Made by a program: the position numbers and the translations under genes
The notes under the pieces: model-generated
What the model saw: only the letters and a program-made list of their open reading frames with translations
Told to the model about the DNA's origin: nothing
Database searches by the model: none
Shown: positions 20,236-29,563 of the stretch, piece after piece
How positions within the stretch are numbered: the stretch's first letter is position 1
Layout of the letters: each line of letters opens with the position of its first letter
NCBI GenBank assembly: GCA_050014195.1
Contig: JBEKDT010000001.1
Span: forward strand, 224,001 to 288,000
Length of the DNA stretch: 64,000 nt
Direction: 5' to 3'
Source of the DNA: Desulfomonilia bacterium
Lineage (GTDB): Bacteria > Desulfobacterota > Desulfomonilia > UBA1062

Positions 20236-20901
20236 CTAAAACGGCCATAACTTGTCGAAAGCCTTTGCAAGGAAGCCCTTATCCTGCTGGTCGCCAAGAA
20301 TACCTTTTCCATAATACTCGACTTTCAGATCGGCTACATTGGCCGATAAGACAGAATTATCCCCCTGTATGTCATCGGGTCTGATGATCCCGGAGACCAT
20401 TATGTACTGAGACTCATCGTTCACCCTGATCTGTTTCTTGCCCCTGATGACAAAGTTCCCCTCAGGCAGGACCCTTATTATGCGGGCAGATACGACTGCA
20501 TTCAGGGTGCCGCTCCGTGAAGTCTCCCCATCCCCGGTAAACGTCGAAGCGCTGCTGGTCTGTACCTGTGGGTGAACGTGAAAGCCAAGAAAGTCCGTTA
20601 CCGTGCTGGCTATGCTGCTGTCCTTCGAGGTATCGGTCTTTGCCTGTTTATCCGCCGACGAGCTCTCAGATATCTGGATAATGACAAGGTCCCCGACCTG
20701 CCGTGCCTTATGGTCGCTATACATATCTGAATATTTGACGGTCGGCGCCCACAGGGAACCTGGGCTCTGGGTGTAATCGGTCTGATCTCCCATGGGTATT
20801 GAAAGCTCATCCTCGGTACGATCGAAATCTTTGGGGGCATGGGAGCATGCGCTTAGAGCAGCCACCATAACAAAGAGTATCAGGTTATACCATAACTTCA
20901 T
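20236..20901 (-). CDS. flgH: Flagellar L-ring lipoprotein
   Basis: Lipobox LSAC, DHKARQVGD, SGIIRPDDI, C-terminal LWPF. Confidence 0.93.
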   Translation of the reverse strand: MKLWYNLILFVMVAALSACSHAPKDFDRTEDELSIPMGDQTDYTQSPGSLWAPTVKYSDMYSDHKARQVGDLVIIQISESSSADKQAKTDTSKDSSIASTVTDFLGFHVHPQVQTSSASTFTGDGETSRSGTLNAVVSARIIRVLPEGNFVIRGKKQIRVNDESQYIMVSGIIRPDDIQGDNSVLSANVADLKVEYYGKGILGDQQDKGFLAKAFDKLWPF

Positions 20902-20909
20902 ATTGCCTC

Positions 20910-21857
20910 CTACAGCTCAACTTGCACTAATGATGCAGCAATAATGGTGCCAACCACCTGTCTGCCCGAAGAGATGTTCTTTACGGGGATCGTCTCACCC
21001 TGATACCCGTCCTTCATGGCCACACCCTTATCTCTGACCACAAGGTCATTCACCCTGACCTCGATGGAGACGATCTCTCCGGAGCAGACATCCGGCTTTC
21101 TCTGCACCTGAGAAGGCAGGATGGGGTTGCCTTCCAGCAGTGTCACCCTTGACCGCTTGCCTACACAGTCTTCAAGGCGGGTATAGGCATAGGGGCATGA
21201 TGAGATATCACAAGACCGCACCACGAGATCACCAGGCATAATGATCTTACGGGAGGCTACCTTTGCCCTTGCCACGGGGACATCCGCTATGAGCTTGACT
21301 CTCCCGGTCACGGTCACCCTCTCCGGGAATGGCCCGCCACCGACGATCATGGTGGCCGTGACGAATCCCAGATACTTTTCGCGGGAGGAAAATTTTGCCC
21401 GTATGAAGCTCGAATCTGCCTGGAGGACCTTCGGAATCCTTGACACCCTTATGTCAGCCACCTCGATCCTGCCGGAATCCTTCCAGGGACTGTTCTTAAC
21501 GATCTCTTCGATGAAGACCTTTTTAAGGACTCCTTCAGGAACCTCCACAGTGCATGAAGAGACATGTGTCTTTGTCGCACCTGTATAGATCACTGACCCC
21601 AGGTAATGGGAACGGACCTTGTCTGCCACCGCCTTGGCGGAGATATTCAAGTCAAAAGAGCCGTCAGGCGACTTGGCAATTGCTATGCGGGAGAGCAAAG
21701 GCGCATCCTCTCCGCTGATCTCGGCCAAATCTGAAAGCATTACGGTCTTTCCGGTAACCTCCGCCTCGTCTTTGAGATCGACAACCGTGTCTGCAAATAC
21801 GCTCACCGGTATAAAAAGCCCGCAGAAAAGACACACCGCCAGAATAAGATCCCGCAT
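20910..21857 (-). CDS. flgA: P-ring formation chaperone
   Basis: Signal peptide, SAF-like C-terminus GVAMKDG..GETIPVKN.SSGR; position between flgG and flgH. Confidence 0.85.
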   Translation of the reverse strand: MRDLILAVCLFCGLFIPVSVFADTVVDLKDEAEVTGKTVMLSDLAEISGEDAPLLSRIAIAKSPDGSFDLNISAKAVADKVRSHYLGSVIYTGATKTHVSSCTVEVPEGVLKKVFIEEIVKNSPWKDSGRIEVADIRVSRIPKVLQADSSFIRAKFSSREKYLGFVTATMIVGGGPFPERVTVTGRVKLIADVPVARAKVASRKIIMPGDLVVRSCDISSCPYAYTRLEDCVGKRSRVTLLEGNPILPSQVQRKPDVCSGEIVSIEVRVNDLVVRDKGVAMKDGYQGETIPVKNISSGRQVVGTIIAASLVQVEL

Positions 21858-21863
21858 CTAATG

Positions 21864-22646
21864 CTACCTCACAATACCTGCGGCAGTCTGGAGCATCTCA
21901 TCCGAGGCTGTTATGCACTTGGAGTTGAGCTCATATGCCCTTTGGGCTGCTATCATATTGACCATCTCCGAAACGGCATCCACATTCGACATCTCCAAAT
22001 TTCCTTGTGAGATCGTGCCGAAGTTGTCCTTGCCCGGTGTACCCTCAATGGCATCCCCTGATGCAGGGGTCGGTGTATACTGATTCATGCCGATGGATTG
22101 CAGGCCTGCTGTGTTAGGGAAGATGTAGGTGGGGATGTTCCCGGTGGCCAGAACCGTGCCGCTACTCGACATGCAATTGATCTGTCCCGCATTGGAAATC
22201 GTTATGTTGGCGGTCTGCTGCGGAACTTTGAATTCGGGCTGCAACCGGTCTCCCCTGGAATCCACGATATAACCTTCGGAGTCCATATTGAAAGAACCGT
22301 CTCGTGTATAGACATCGGTCCCGTCTGCGATGAGGTGGAAAAACCCGTTGCCCTGGATGGCCATATCCAGGTTATTACTGGTCTGGAGGTAGTCACCCTG
22401 GGTAAAGATCTTCTGAATGGACACCGGTTGCACACCCATGCCCACCTGAATCCCCACAGGTACGGTTCCACCTGTAGGGGTAGGACTACCCGGTTGATTA
22501 TAGGTGGCATAATAAAGATCCTCAAAATCCACCCTGCTCTTCTTGTAGCTCGTCGTGTTCGTGTTCGCCAGGTTATTTGCAATGGTATTGACCATCAACT
22601 CCTGGGCATTCATGCCCGTGGCAGCGGTCCACATCGCTCGAATCAT
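21864..22646 (-). CDS. flgG: Distal rod protein
   Basis: TAATGMNAQ..IANNLAN, YTRDGSF, LEMSNV..EMVNMI.AQRAYE. Confidence 0.95.
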   Translation of the reverse strand: MIRAMWTAATGMNAQELMVNTIANNLANTNTTSYKKSRVDFEDLYYATYNQPGSPTPTGGTVPVGIQVGMGVQPVSIQKIFTQGDYLQTSNNLDMAIQGNGFFHLIADGTDVYTRDGSFNMDSEGYIVDSRGDRLQPEFKVPQQTANITISNAGQINCMSSSGTVLATGNIPTYIFPNTAGLQSIGMNQYTPTPASGDAIEGTPGKDNFGTISQGNLEMSNVDAVSEMVNMIAAQRAYELNSKCITASDEMLQTAAGIVR

Positions 22647-22661
22647 AGCCTTTCCTCCTTT

Positions 22662-23405
22662 CTATGCTACTGTCCCGACATTATGCATCGAGTATGAATA
22701 GGCATCGTTTGCCGACCTGATCACCTTCTGAAAGACATCGTAAGCCCTCTGGGCCGCGATCAGCTCCACCATTTCATTGATGGGCTCCACATTGGCTGTC
22801 TCCAAGCTACCCTGGATGACAGACGGGATCTCAACGGGTTCCGGCGTGAACCCCTCTTTGACGGAGAATAGGTTATTGCCTTCACGTACAAGATCTTCAG
22901 GCGGGATTTTAACCACCTGTAGGGTACTCACTTCATCACCATCCTGGGAAACTTTCCCTTGGGAATCGATAACCAACTGGCCCTTATTGGGGTCGATGGT
23001 GATATCGCCTCCATTCCCCTGCACAGTATATCCCTGAGAGGTTATAATCGTGTTTTCCGTACTGAGCTGGAATGATCCTGCCCTGGTATATCGAGGACCA
23101 TCATCAGTATTGACGACGAAGAACCCGTCTCCCGCCAGTGCGATATCGAGCGGGTTACCTGTTTTCACAGGGGGGCCGGGCGTAAGGTCAATGGAAGTGC
23201 TGACGGGGATTACATCGATGGGCACTGTTTTGTATTGTCCGCTGTACAGCATAGAGGTATCCAGCTGTCTGACAAACTGTTCGAAGCTCATCTGGTCTTT
23301 CTTGAATCCGGTTGTATTGAGGTTGGCGATGTTGTTGGAGATGATGTTGAGCCTCTCCTCCATGGCAATCGCCCCTGCCGCCGCCGTGTAAATACCCTGA
23401 TCCAT
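22662..23405 (-). CDS. flgF: Proximal rod protein
   Basis: ISNNIANLNTTGFK, TGNPLDIAL.GDGFF, YTRAGSF; AAGGAGG RBS before ATG 23405. Confidence 0.88.
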   Translation of the reverse strand: MDQGIYTAAAGAIAMEERLNIISNNIANLNTTGFKKDQMSFEQFVRQLDTSMLYSGQYKTVPIDVIPVSTSIDLTPGPPVKTGNPLDIALAGDGFFVVNTDDGPRYTRAGSFQLSTENTIITSQGYTVQGNGGDITIDPNKGQLVIDSQGKVSQDGDEVSTLQVVKIPPEDLVREGNNLFSVKEGFTPEPVEIPSVIQGSLETANVEPINEMVELIAAQRAYDVFQKVIRSANDAYSYSMHNVGTVA

Positions 23406-23430
23406 ATGCCCTCCTTGCTGGGACCATATG

Positions 23431-23446
23431 AGCAAAGAGGGTGCCA
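23431..23446 (-). promoter_or_regulatory. Sigma54 (-24/-12) promoter of the flgF operon
   Basis: Minus strand TGGCAC-CCTCT-TTGCT, matching TGGCAC-N5-TTGCW. Confidence 0.85.
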
Positions 23447-23629
23447 GTGTCTTTAAAATGGCTCCAGTCCAATATCCGGTATTTCAGCCTCAGGAAAAAA
23501 ATGCCTGTAGGTAAGTAAAATTTGTTTTTAAGTTTTAGGTTTAAGGTTGTAGGTCATTGATGATGTCTGTGAATCTTTCCCTTTTTTAAAACCCAACACC
23601 TGAAACTTATAACCTTTCAATAAAAAAGT

Positions 23630-23656
23630 TAAAGGATTTCAGTAAGAATCCGATAA
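23630..23656 (+). promoter_or_regulatory. Sigma28 (FliA) promoter of the hypothetical-flgM unit
   Basis: TAAA-N15-TCCGATAA (consensus TAAA-N15-GCCGATAA). Confidence 0.8.
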
Positions 23657-23694
23657 ACATATTACGGACGGTTGAATAAACACAAGGAGTGTGT

Positions 23695-23910
23695 ATGGAG
23701 GTCAAGAGTATCTTCATGAATCTCATCATGAGGACCTACGAGAAACAGAATGCGATTTCAACGTCTAAACATGATGTGGATAAGACTGCTGGCGAGCACA
23801 CAGCCGACACCGTCACGATATCCCAACGTGCGAGCAAAAGGCTCTTCAGGGATATTATGGAAAGCAGCCTACAAAAAGGATTGAGCGAGGTCCCAATCGA
23901 TGAAAATTAA
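23695..23910 (+). CDS. FlgM-associated small protein (DVU0524-like)
   Basis: IMRTYEKQ..DTVTISQRA pattern; AAGGAG RBS; overlaps flgM start. Confidence 0.6.
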   Translation: MEVKSIFMNLIMRTYEKQNAISTSKHDVDKTAGEHTADTVTISQRASKRLFRDIMESSLQKGLSEVPIDEN

Positions 23911-24217
23911 CAATACTTCAAATACGGATGCCCTTAAGGCATATAACACACAATCACTACAGGGTGTTCACCGTTATAAGGATAAAGATTCTGATACCAC
24001 TTCGAAAACGAACGGTGCCGCATCTTCCGACAAGGTGAACATCTCAAGCACCGTAAAGTTTATGCAGGATATTCATAAGGCCGTATCCGACTCTCCTGAT
24101 ATCCGCACCGATAAGGTCAAGGACATTGAGACAAAGATCAATAATGGCACCTACAAGCCTGACATGAGCCTTGTGGCGGATAAGCTATTGAGCCCTAATA
24201 TGAGCGACCGGATCTGA
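23900..24217 (+). CDS. flgM: Anti-sigma28 factor
   Basis: DKVNIS, PDIRTDKV..I..GTYKPD...VADKLL. Confidence 0.9.
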   Translation: MKINNTSNTDALKAYNTQSLQGVHRYKDKDSDTTSKTNGAASSDKVNISSTVKFMQDIHKAVSDSPDIRTDKVKDIETKINNGTYKPDMSLVADKLLSPNMSDRI

Positions 24218-25429
24218 ACCGGAAAAGGCAACCGATGCCACATACTTCAAAACGGCATCGCCTAAGAAAACTCTCTTAATACGTCCGAAACAGAGGTGTT
24301 TTTGCACCGTGCCCCCAGGTTTTGAGAGGGTAATCCCAAGTAGTAACGGCCTCCATGAAGGATCTGTTGAGGATGTCTCATTAGGCATTGCCTTTTGTTG
24401 CCTCGAAACCATATCAAGCATCAAAAAATAGGAATCGGCACCGGTAGCCATACTTGAGCCAAGGTATGTCCGCTTTTGAGCATGCTTGCGAAAGAATTCG
24501 ATAAATTCCTTGCCAGCTGTTGATTTTACTGTCTCCTCAATGAAGTCCGACTGAATATAGAGCCCTTCTAAAGATTTGTCCACCTCGTGCATGAACGTCT
24601 CCTCAGGTTGAATATTGCTCACGAGGATGGGTCTGGCTGCATCGAGCAAACGGGCTTTTAATAGTGCTGCATGGGTATTCGACCCGGAGAACGGTATATA
24701 AACGGCATCAGGCTTACCATACATAAGGTGTGTAATTCCCGGTGAAGGGTCTTCCCCCTTCTTTATGTATGCGATATCCACAATCCTGCCGTTCATCTTC
24801 ACTATATATGAAGAGAACAGGCTGGCCAGCCGGACACAGCTTTCGTCCTGAACGTCCACGACAAGCGCGATCCTAAAGGCATGGAGTACATTTGTCATGA
24901 ACCGTGAGCAGGCATAGGCCTGATCCTCAAGGCTTGTACCCATCCTTATTACTGTGCCCCCCTCTTTTGTCTTCCAGTCAAGTCCGGCCGAGGTGGTCGC
25001 AATAAACGGCACCACCCTTTGTTTCATGACATAAAAAGCCTTAGCGATCATATCGGCTGATACGCACGAGATGACACCTGAGACTTTATCTTCCATGAGA
25101 AGATCCTTAAGCGCCTGGGAGAAGTCCTGGAAAGATGTACCTGCATCCTTGAATATGAGCTCAACTTGCCTGCCCGCCTTTCCTTTCTCCATTTCATGCG
25201 CCATCTTTATACCTTCGGCCTGAACCCCGGCAACTTCGGCCAATGCTCCCGCCTGAGGCATTAAGATACCGATCCTGATGGGATCACCCTTGGTGGGTAC
25301 AAGGGCCTCACTACTCTTGGCCCGCAAGCCGCTGCCGGCGAAGAAAATGGGCCCACAGACGATCATTATGATGAGTACAATAAAGACATAGGTTCGTGAT
25401 GTGTTCATGGCAAGGCCTACTCCTGTCAT
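24185..25429 (-). CDS. Orphan periplasmic binding protein (Leu/Ile/Val-binding fold)
   Basis: IRIGILMPQAG, GIKMA, PDAVYIP; 3' end overlaps convergent flgM; start uncertain. Confidence 0.7.
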   Translation of the reverse strand: MTGVGLAMNTSRTYVFIVLIIMIVCGPIFFAGSGLRAKSSEALVPTKGDPIRIGILMPQAGALAEVAGVQAEGIKMAHEMEKGKAGRQVELIFKDAGTSFQDFSQALKDLLMEDKVSGVISCVSADMIAKAFYVMKQRVVPFIATTSAGLDWKTKEGGTVIRMGTSLEDQAYACSRFMTNVLHAFRIALVVDVQDESCVRLASLFSSYIVKMNGRIVDIAYIKKGEDPSPGITHLMYGKPDAVYIPFSGSNTHAALLKARLLDAARPILVSNIQPEETFMHEVDKSLEGLYIQSDFIEETVKSTAGKEFIEFFRKHAQKRTYLGSSMATGADSYFLMLDMVSRQQKAMPNETSSTDPSWRPLLLGITLSKPGGTVQKHLCFGRIKRVFLGDAVLKYVASVAFSGSDPVAHIRAQ

Positions 25430-25527
25430 GATTTCTCCTTTATGCAAAGCCCGTAGTATATATCATGGAAGTATGGTACCCAATCAATGCTTATTGTGCC
25501 AAACACGTATCTCATAGGAGGATTCAG

Positions 25528-26271
25528 GTGGCAACAATACATGTACTGGGAAAAGAGTATGCAACCAAGCTCGTGATCTTCGATAAGGACGGCACATTAA
25601 TCGATTTCGCCCAGACATGGATCGGTATCATAGGTAAGCTCCTTACAGCCATGGGGGAGTATGTCTTGATGACTGAACCCTTAAGAATCCGGGTTCAGGA
25701 AGCGCTCGGCATCTCGGTTGACCACGGCACAATCGACGGATCCGGACCGCTTGCCATGGGCACCTTTACCGAGTGCGACGCCCTGTTGACCTATTGCCTT
25801 TATCGTGAAGGCATCAGATGGGACGAGGCCCAGGAGATCGTTCGCAAGCTCGGTGATGAGATCTTCCGCTCAGACGTACGCGATAGGTGCATCAGACCTG
25901 CAAATGGTGCCAAGCAACTGTTGGCCAGACTCAAGGACAAGGGGATCCATGTAGCCGTGGCAACAAATGACAACGCAAAAGATGCCTTGTCAGACATGGT
26001 ATCTATTGGTGTCGCCCCCTACATAGACATCGTAATAGGGGCCGACAGTGTGGAAAACTCCAAGCCCGCCCCGGATATGGTGATGAAGATCTGCGAACAC
26101 TTTCACGTGGAACCTCCCACCGTGATTCTTATCGGCGATACCATCATGGATGCCATGCTGGGCAGAAATTCGGGTGTCATGCTCACCATCGGAGTGCCTG
26201 GCATCGTGTCGAAAGAGGTACTTCAAGGGCATATGGACGTGGTTATGGATTCGCTGAATGATATCTATTAA
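25528..26271 (+). CDS. HAD-family hydrolase (phosphoglycolate phosphatase-like)
   Basis: FDKDGTL, VATND, KPAPD, IGDTIMD; GTG start behind AGGAGG. Confidence 0.88.
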   Translation: MATIHVLGKEYATKLVIFDKDGTLIDFAQTWIGIIGKLLTAMGEYVLMTEPLRIRVQEALGISVDHGTIDGSGPLAMGTFTECDALLTYCLYREGIRWDEAQEIVRKLGDEIFRSDVRDRCIRPANGAKQLLARLKDKGIHVAVATNDNAKDALSDMVSIGVAPYIDIVIGADSVENSKPAPDMVMKICEHFHVEPPTVILIGDTIMDAMLGRNSGVMLTIGVPGIVSKEVLQGHMDVVMDSLNDIY

Positions 26272-26283
26272 TTTATTTAGTGC

Positions 26284-26313
26284 TTGACAGGGTGGTCATC
26301 ACATGCCTAGTGT
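26284..26313 (+). promoter_or_regulatory. Putative sigma70 promoter of csp, implying a long 5' leader
   Basis: TTGACA-18 nt-TAGTGT about 175 nt upstream of the csp ATG; long leaders are typical of cspA-like genes. Confidence 0.45.
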
Positions 26314-26487
26314 ACACACATATCTGAAATGAGAATATATGAGTTTGAATCTTGCCTTAAGAATGGTACCTACTAATACACTTCATTAAGTCAAAATTTC
26401 ACTGACGATACATTCCCTTTTCAGAAATAAAAAAAACAGAGTCCTTTATTTTGAAAAGAAGGGATCTGGAAAAAAAAGAGGTAATCA

Positions 26488-26688
26488 ATGTCACAAGGAA
26501 CAGTAAAATGGTTTAACGATTCAAAAGGATTTGGTTTCATCACCGTAGATAGTGGGGAAGACATATTCGTGCACCACACATCGATTAAACAGGAAGGCTT
26601 CAGGTCACTCGAAGAGGGCCAGCGTGTAACTTTCGACATAGTCGCTGGACCGAAGGGGCCTCAGGCTTCAAATGTTTACAAAGCCTAA
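26488..26688 (+). CDS. Cold-shock protein (CspA family)
   Basis: [31 protein letters not shown]. Confidence 0.95.
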   Translation: MSQGTVKWFNDSKGFGFITVDSGEDIFVHHTSIKQEGFRSLEEGQRVTFDIVAGPKGPQASNVYKA

Positions 26689-26696
26689 ACAACTCG

Positions 26697-26727
26697 AAGA
26701 GGCAGGCATGCCTGCCTCTTTTTCTTT
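26697..26727 (+). terminator. Intrinsic terminator of csp
   Basis: Palindrome aagaggcaggcatgcctgcctctt followed by T-tract. Confidence 0.85.
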
Positions 26728-26845
26728 CAAATCCTCCACCACGTCTGGGATGTTCTTCTGGGAGATCTGTCCAAACAAGCAGGATAAATGAAGCGACGAT
26801 TGTTTGAGCATACTTACTGCTTAGATCGATAGGGGCAAATTACTG

Positions 26846-26974
26846 ATGAAAGATAAAACAGCAAAGACGGATTTAATAGAGAAAAAAGGGAGCAGGTCAC
26901 AGAACCGGCTTAAGCGGCTCCAGAACATAAAAGAAGCGGCAGAGCGTCACAAGATGAAGTATCATTCGGCATAA
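26846..26974 (+). CDS. Possible small basic protein (42 aa), below the ORF-track cutoff
   Basis: MKDKTAKTDLIEKKGSRSQNRLKRLQNIKEAAERHKMKYHSA*, upstream AGGGG. Confidence 0.3.
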   Translation: MKDKTAKTDLIEKKGSRSQNRLKRLQNIKEAAERHKMKYHSA

Positions 26975-27140
26975 GCTGTAATATTGCTGAATAATACGTT
27001 GATAAAAAGTTTACAATGAGTAAGTAAACCTCTCTTTATCAGAGTTCTTCAAACCTAAGTAATTACTATTGGATCATGTCCGTTGGTCTTAGTTCTTCTA
27101 AGATGCCGCAGATTCTTGGGCATAAGCCGCATGTTTCCAT

Positions 27141-28622
27141 TTACGAGCGCCTTAGGAGATCCGGGATCACTTTTCCCTTCTCATCCCTAGGGATCTCAGA
27201 GACGAAATCTACCTTTCTGGGGGTCTTATAAGATGCAAGGTGTTTACGGGCAAACTTTTTAACATCATCCTCGGTGATGGAAGGATCGTCACTGACGACA
27301 AAAGCCCTTATTATCGAGCCCCTCATGAGATCAGGCTCACCGATGATGGCTGAGTCGGATATCCCGGGCAGTGAATTCAGCACGCTTGTTACCTCCCGGG
27401 AATACACATTGAACCCGGAGGTAATGATCATGTCCTTCTTGTATCCCGTGATGAACAGATAACCATCCTCGTCCATGTACCCGATATCACCTGTATGGAG
27501 CCATCCATCTTTTATGATCTCACTCGTTTCCAGTGGATGTCTGTAATAGCCTTTCATAATGTTCGGCCCTCTGAACAAGAGCTCTCCCGTCTCATGCGGA
27601 TTGAGGGCATTACTGGAATCATCAACAATCTTCGCATCCACCTCGGGAACAGGGAGTCCTATAGAGGTGGGCTTTATGGGTGCATGCTTTCTATTAACCG
27701 AGCACACAGGGGATGCTTCGGTTATACCGTAACCCTGTCTGATCTCCGCATGGAAGCGTTCTTTGAAAGCGTTGTAGATCTCAAAAGACAGGGCAGAGCC
27801 GCCTGCAACGAGCGTGCTCATTCCGGAGTATTCAATATCATTTAAGTCCGGGTGGTGCACCAGGCCATAAAAGAGTGTAGGCACCGCGCTTATCGTGGTG
27901 ATGCCCCCCTCAAGAAGAACATGCCTCAGTTCCTTGAAATCGAGCTTTTTCATGAGATAGATGGCGCCGCCTAAGCGAAGCATGGTGAGCATATTGGCGG
28001 TGGCACTGAATGAATGGAACAAGGGGATTATGGCAAGCGTGGTATCCGTATCATCACCATCCGCGCACAGGCGCAGGAGGTCTGATTGGTGCATAAGATT
28101 ACCTTGAGTGAGCATGGCACCCATTGAATAACCCGTGAGGCCCGAGGAATAGATCATAACAGCCACATCGTCCGGTTCCCTCTCCTCTACTATGCCTTTG
28201 CCTGCGCTTGAGACCCATTTGGAAAAATCCCCATCCTGACCTACGGTGATGAGGACCTTCTGGGGACACTCCTTATGGATGGCTTCATAGGTCTCTTTGT
28301 TATTATGCTCGATGATTATGCCCTGGGAACCGGAATCACTGAGTATATGCTTGAGCTCATATGAGGTATAAGATGGGTTCACAGGGGTGACGATGGCCCC
28401 TATACCGATGATGGCCATATAGGAGATTACAAACTCGGGAATATTCGGCAGCATGATGGTTACATGGTCATCTCTTTTGATGCCGGCGTTTCTGAGGGCA
28501 CTCCCCAGAGAATCGGTGAGATGAAAGAGCTCGGCATAGGTTAATCCTTTGTCGTGATACTTGATTGCAACCTTATTGGGTCTAAGTCGATTATGAATTT
28601 GCAGCCACGAATAGAGATTCAT
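27141..28622 (-). CDS. Long-chain acyl-CoA synthetase / AMP-binding enzyme
   Basis: YSSGLTG, QGYGITEASP, GWLHTGD, C-terminal PR...GK. Confidence 0.88.
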   Translation of the reverse strand: MNLYSWLQIHNRLRPNKVAIKYHDKGLTYAELFHLTDSLGSALRNAGIKRDDHVTIMLPNIPEFVISYMAIIGIGAIVTPVNPSYTSYELKHILSDSGSQGIIIEHNNKETYEAIHKECPQKVLITVGQDGDFSKWVSSAGKGIVEEREPDDVAVMIYSSGLTGYSMGAMLTQGNLMHQSDLLRLCADGDDTDTTLAIIPLFHSFSATANMLTMLRLGGAIYLMKKLDFKELRHVLLEGGITTISAVPTLFYGLVHHPDLNDIEYSGMSTLVAGGSALSFEIYNAFKERFHAEIRQGYGITEASPVCSVNRKHAPIKPTSIGLPVPEVDAKIVDDSSNALNPHETGELLFRGPNIMKGYYRHPLETSEIIKDGWLHTGDIGYMDEDGYLFITGYKKDMIITSGFNVYSREVTSVLNSLPGISDSAIIGEPDLMRGSIIRAFVVSDDPSITEDDVKKFARKHLASYKTPRKVDFVSEIPRDEKGKVIPDLLRRS

Positions 28623-28846
28623 AAATTCCCCTATAGCCATGGCCTTGATCAGCCATTATTTTTTATCATCTTCAGAAAGATATAAACAAAAAAGTGTCTC
28701 TTGGGAATATACATTAATGATTGTGTAGCCCCAAATCCAAGAATGATACATCTTCCTTTCTCTTCCCTGAGAGGAAAAGGCCGAAGATGAGTATCTCAAA
28801 GTCCTCAAGGCATGAGCAAGAGTACTTTACAAAAAAGCGAAGGCAT

Positions 28847-29419
28847 CTAGGGCCTAAAGTCCTTCGCCCTCTCTGATATCACCTCTGCATTAAAGATCTC
28901 CCACATCTCGGGTGTGTCATGATCATCATCCTGTATGTCCGCCTTGGCCTTTAGGTTTGCGAAGAACTCACCCTTGTCATGGGGTACATATTCTAATGAA
29001 CCCGGCAGGAATACCTCCTTTCTGAACCCCTTCGTGAGAATGATGCCGTGGATGCCTGCCTGAAGCTCTGAGATGTCCGACAGAGGTCTTGGAGTGTCAA
29101 TTATGGCAATCTCGAAGCTCATGTAGTCCATCTCATCTATGTGAAGCGGCATAAACCGGGGATCCTTATAGGCAGCGTTACGGGCGTTCTCCATACATGA
29201 GAGCCAAATGGGCATTACAGCAAGGACGTTCCCCATGACCCCCCTGAGCTCGCTTCCCCGGTAGATGGCTACAAAGACACCTTTTTTCTCGGTAAGGGAC
29301 CGAGGGAGGCTCCCTGGATCAACAGTAAGGTCATCCTGAAGGCCCTTTTCCATGAAGCCTTTTACCGCACTGCGGGCAAGGTCGATGAGTATGTTTTTTT
29401 CGTATACGGAAAGTCCCAT
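28847..29419 (-). CDS. AMMECR1-domain protein (AmmeMemoRadiSam protein A-like)
   Basis: GVFVAI...[25 protein letters not shown]. Confidence 0.8.
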   Translation of the reverse strand: MGLSVYEKNILIDLARSAVKGFMEKGLQDDLTVDPGSLPRSLTEKKGVFVAIYRGSELRGVMGNVLAVMPIWLSCMENARNAAYKDPRFMPLHIDEMDYMSFEIAIIDTPRPLSDISELQAGIHGIILTKGFRKEVFLPGSLEYVPHDKGEFFANLKAKADIQDDDHDTPEMWEIFNAEVISERAKDFRP

Positions 29420-29563
29420 GGTTCTCCCTGTGATACGATTTTACCCGAAGGGCTTACCCCTTACCAGAGGAATCACCTGCAACCTTTCATCCCCTATTGG
29501 TGTTTTATTGACTCGGTGCAGGAAATTAACTATATATGCGCTCAATTTGAAGCATGTGGAGAT

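Noticed and set aside
25470-25505. TGGCAC near the divergent binding-protein/HAD genes as a sigma54 site
   Set aside because: GG-to-GC spacing is 8 rather than 10 nt.
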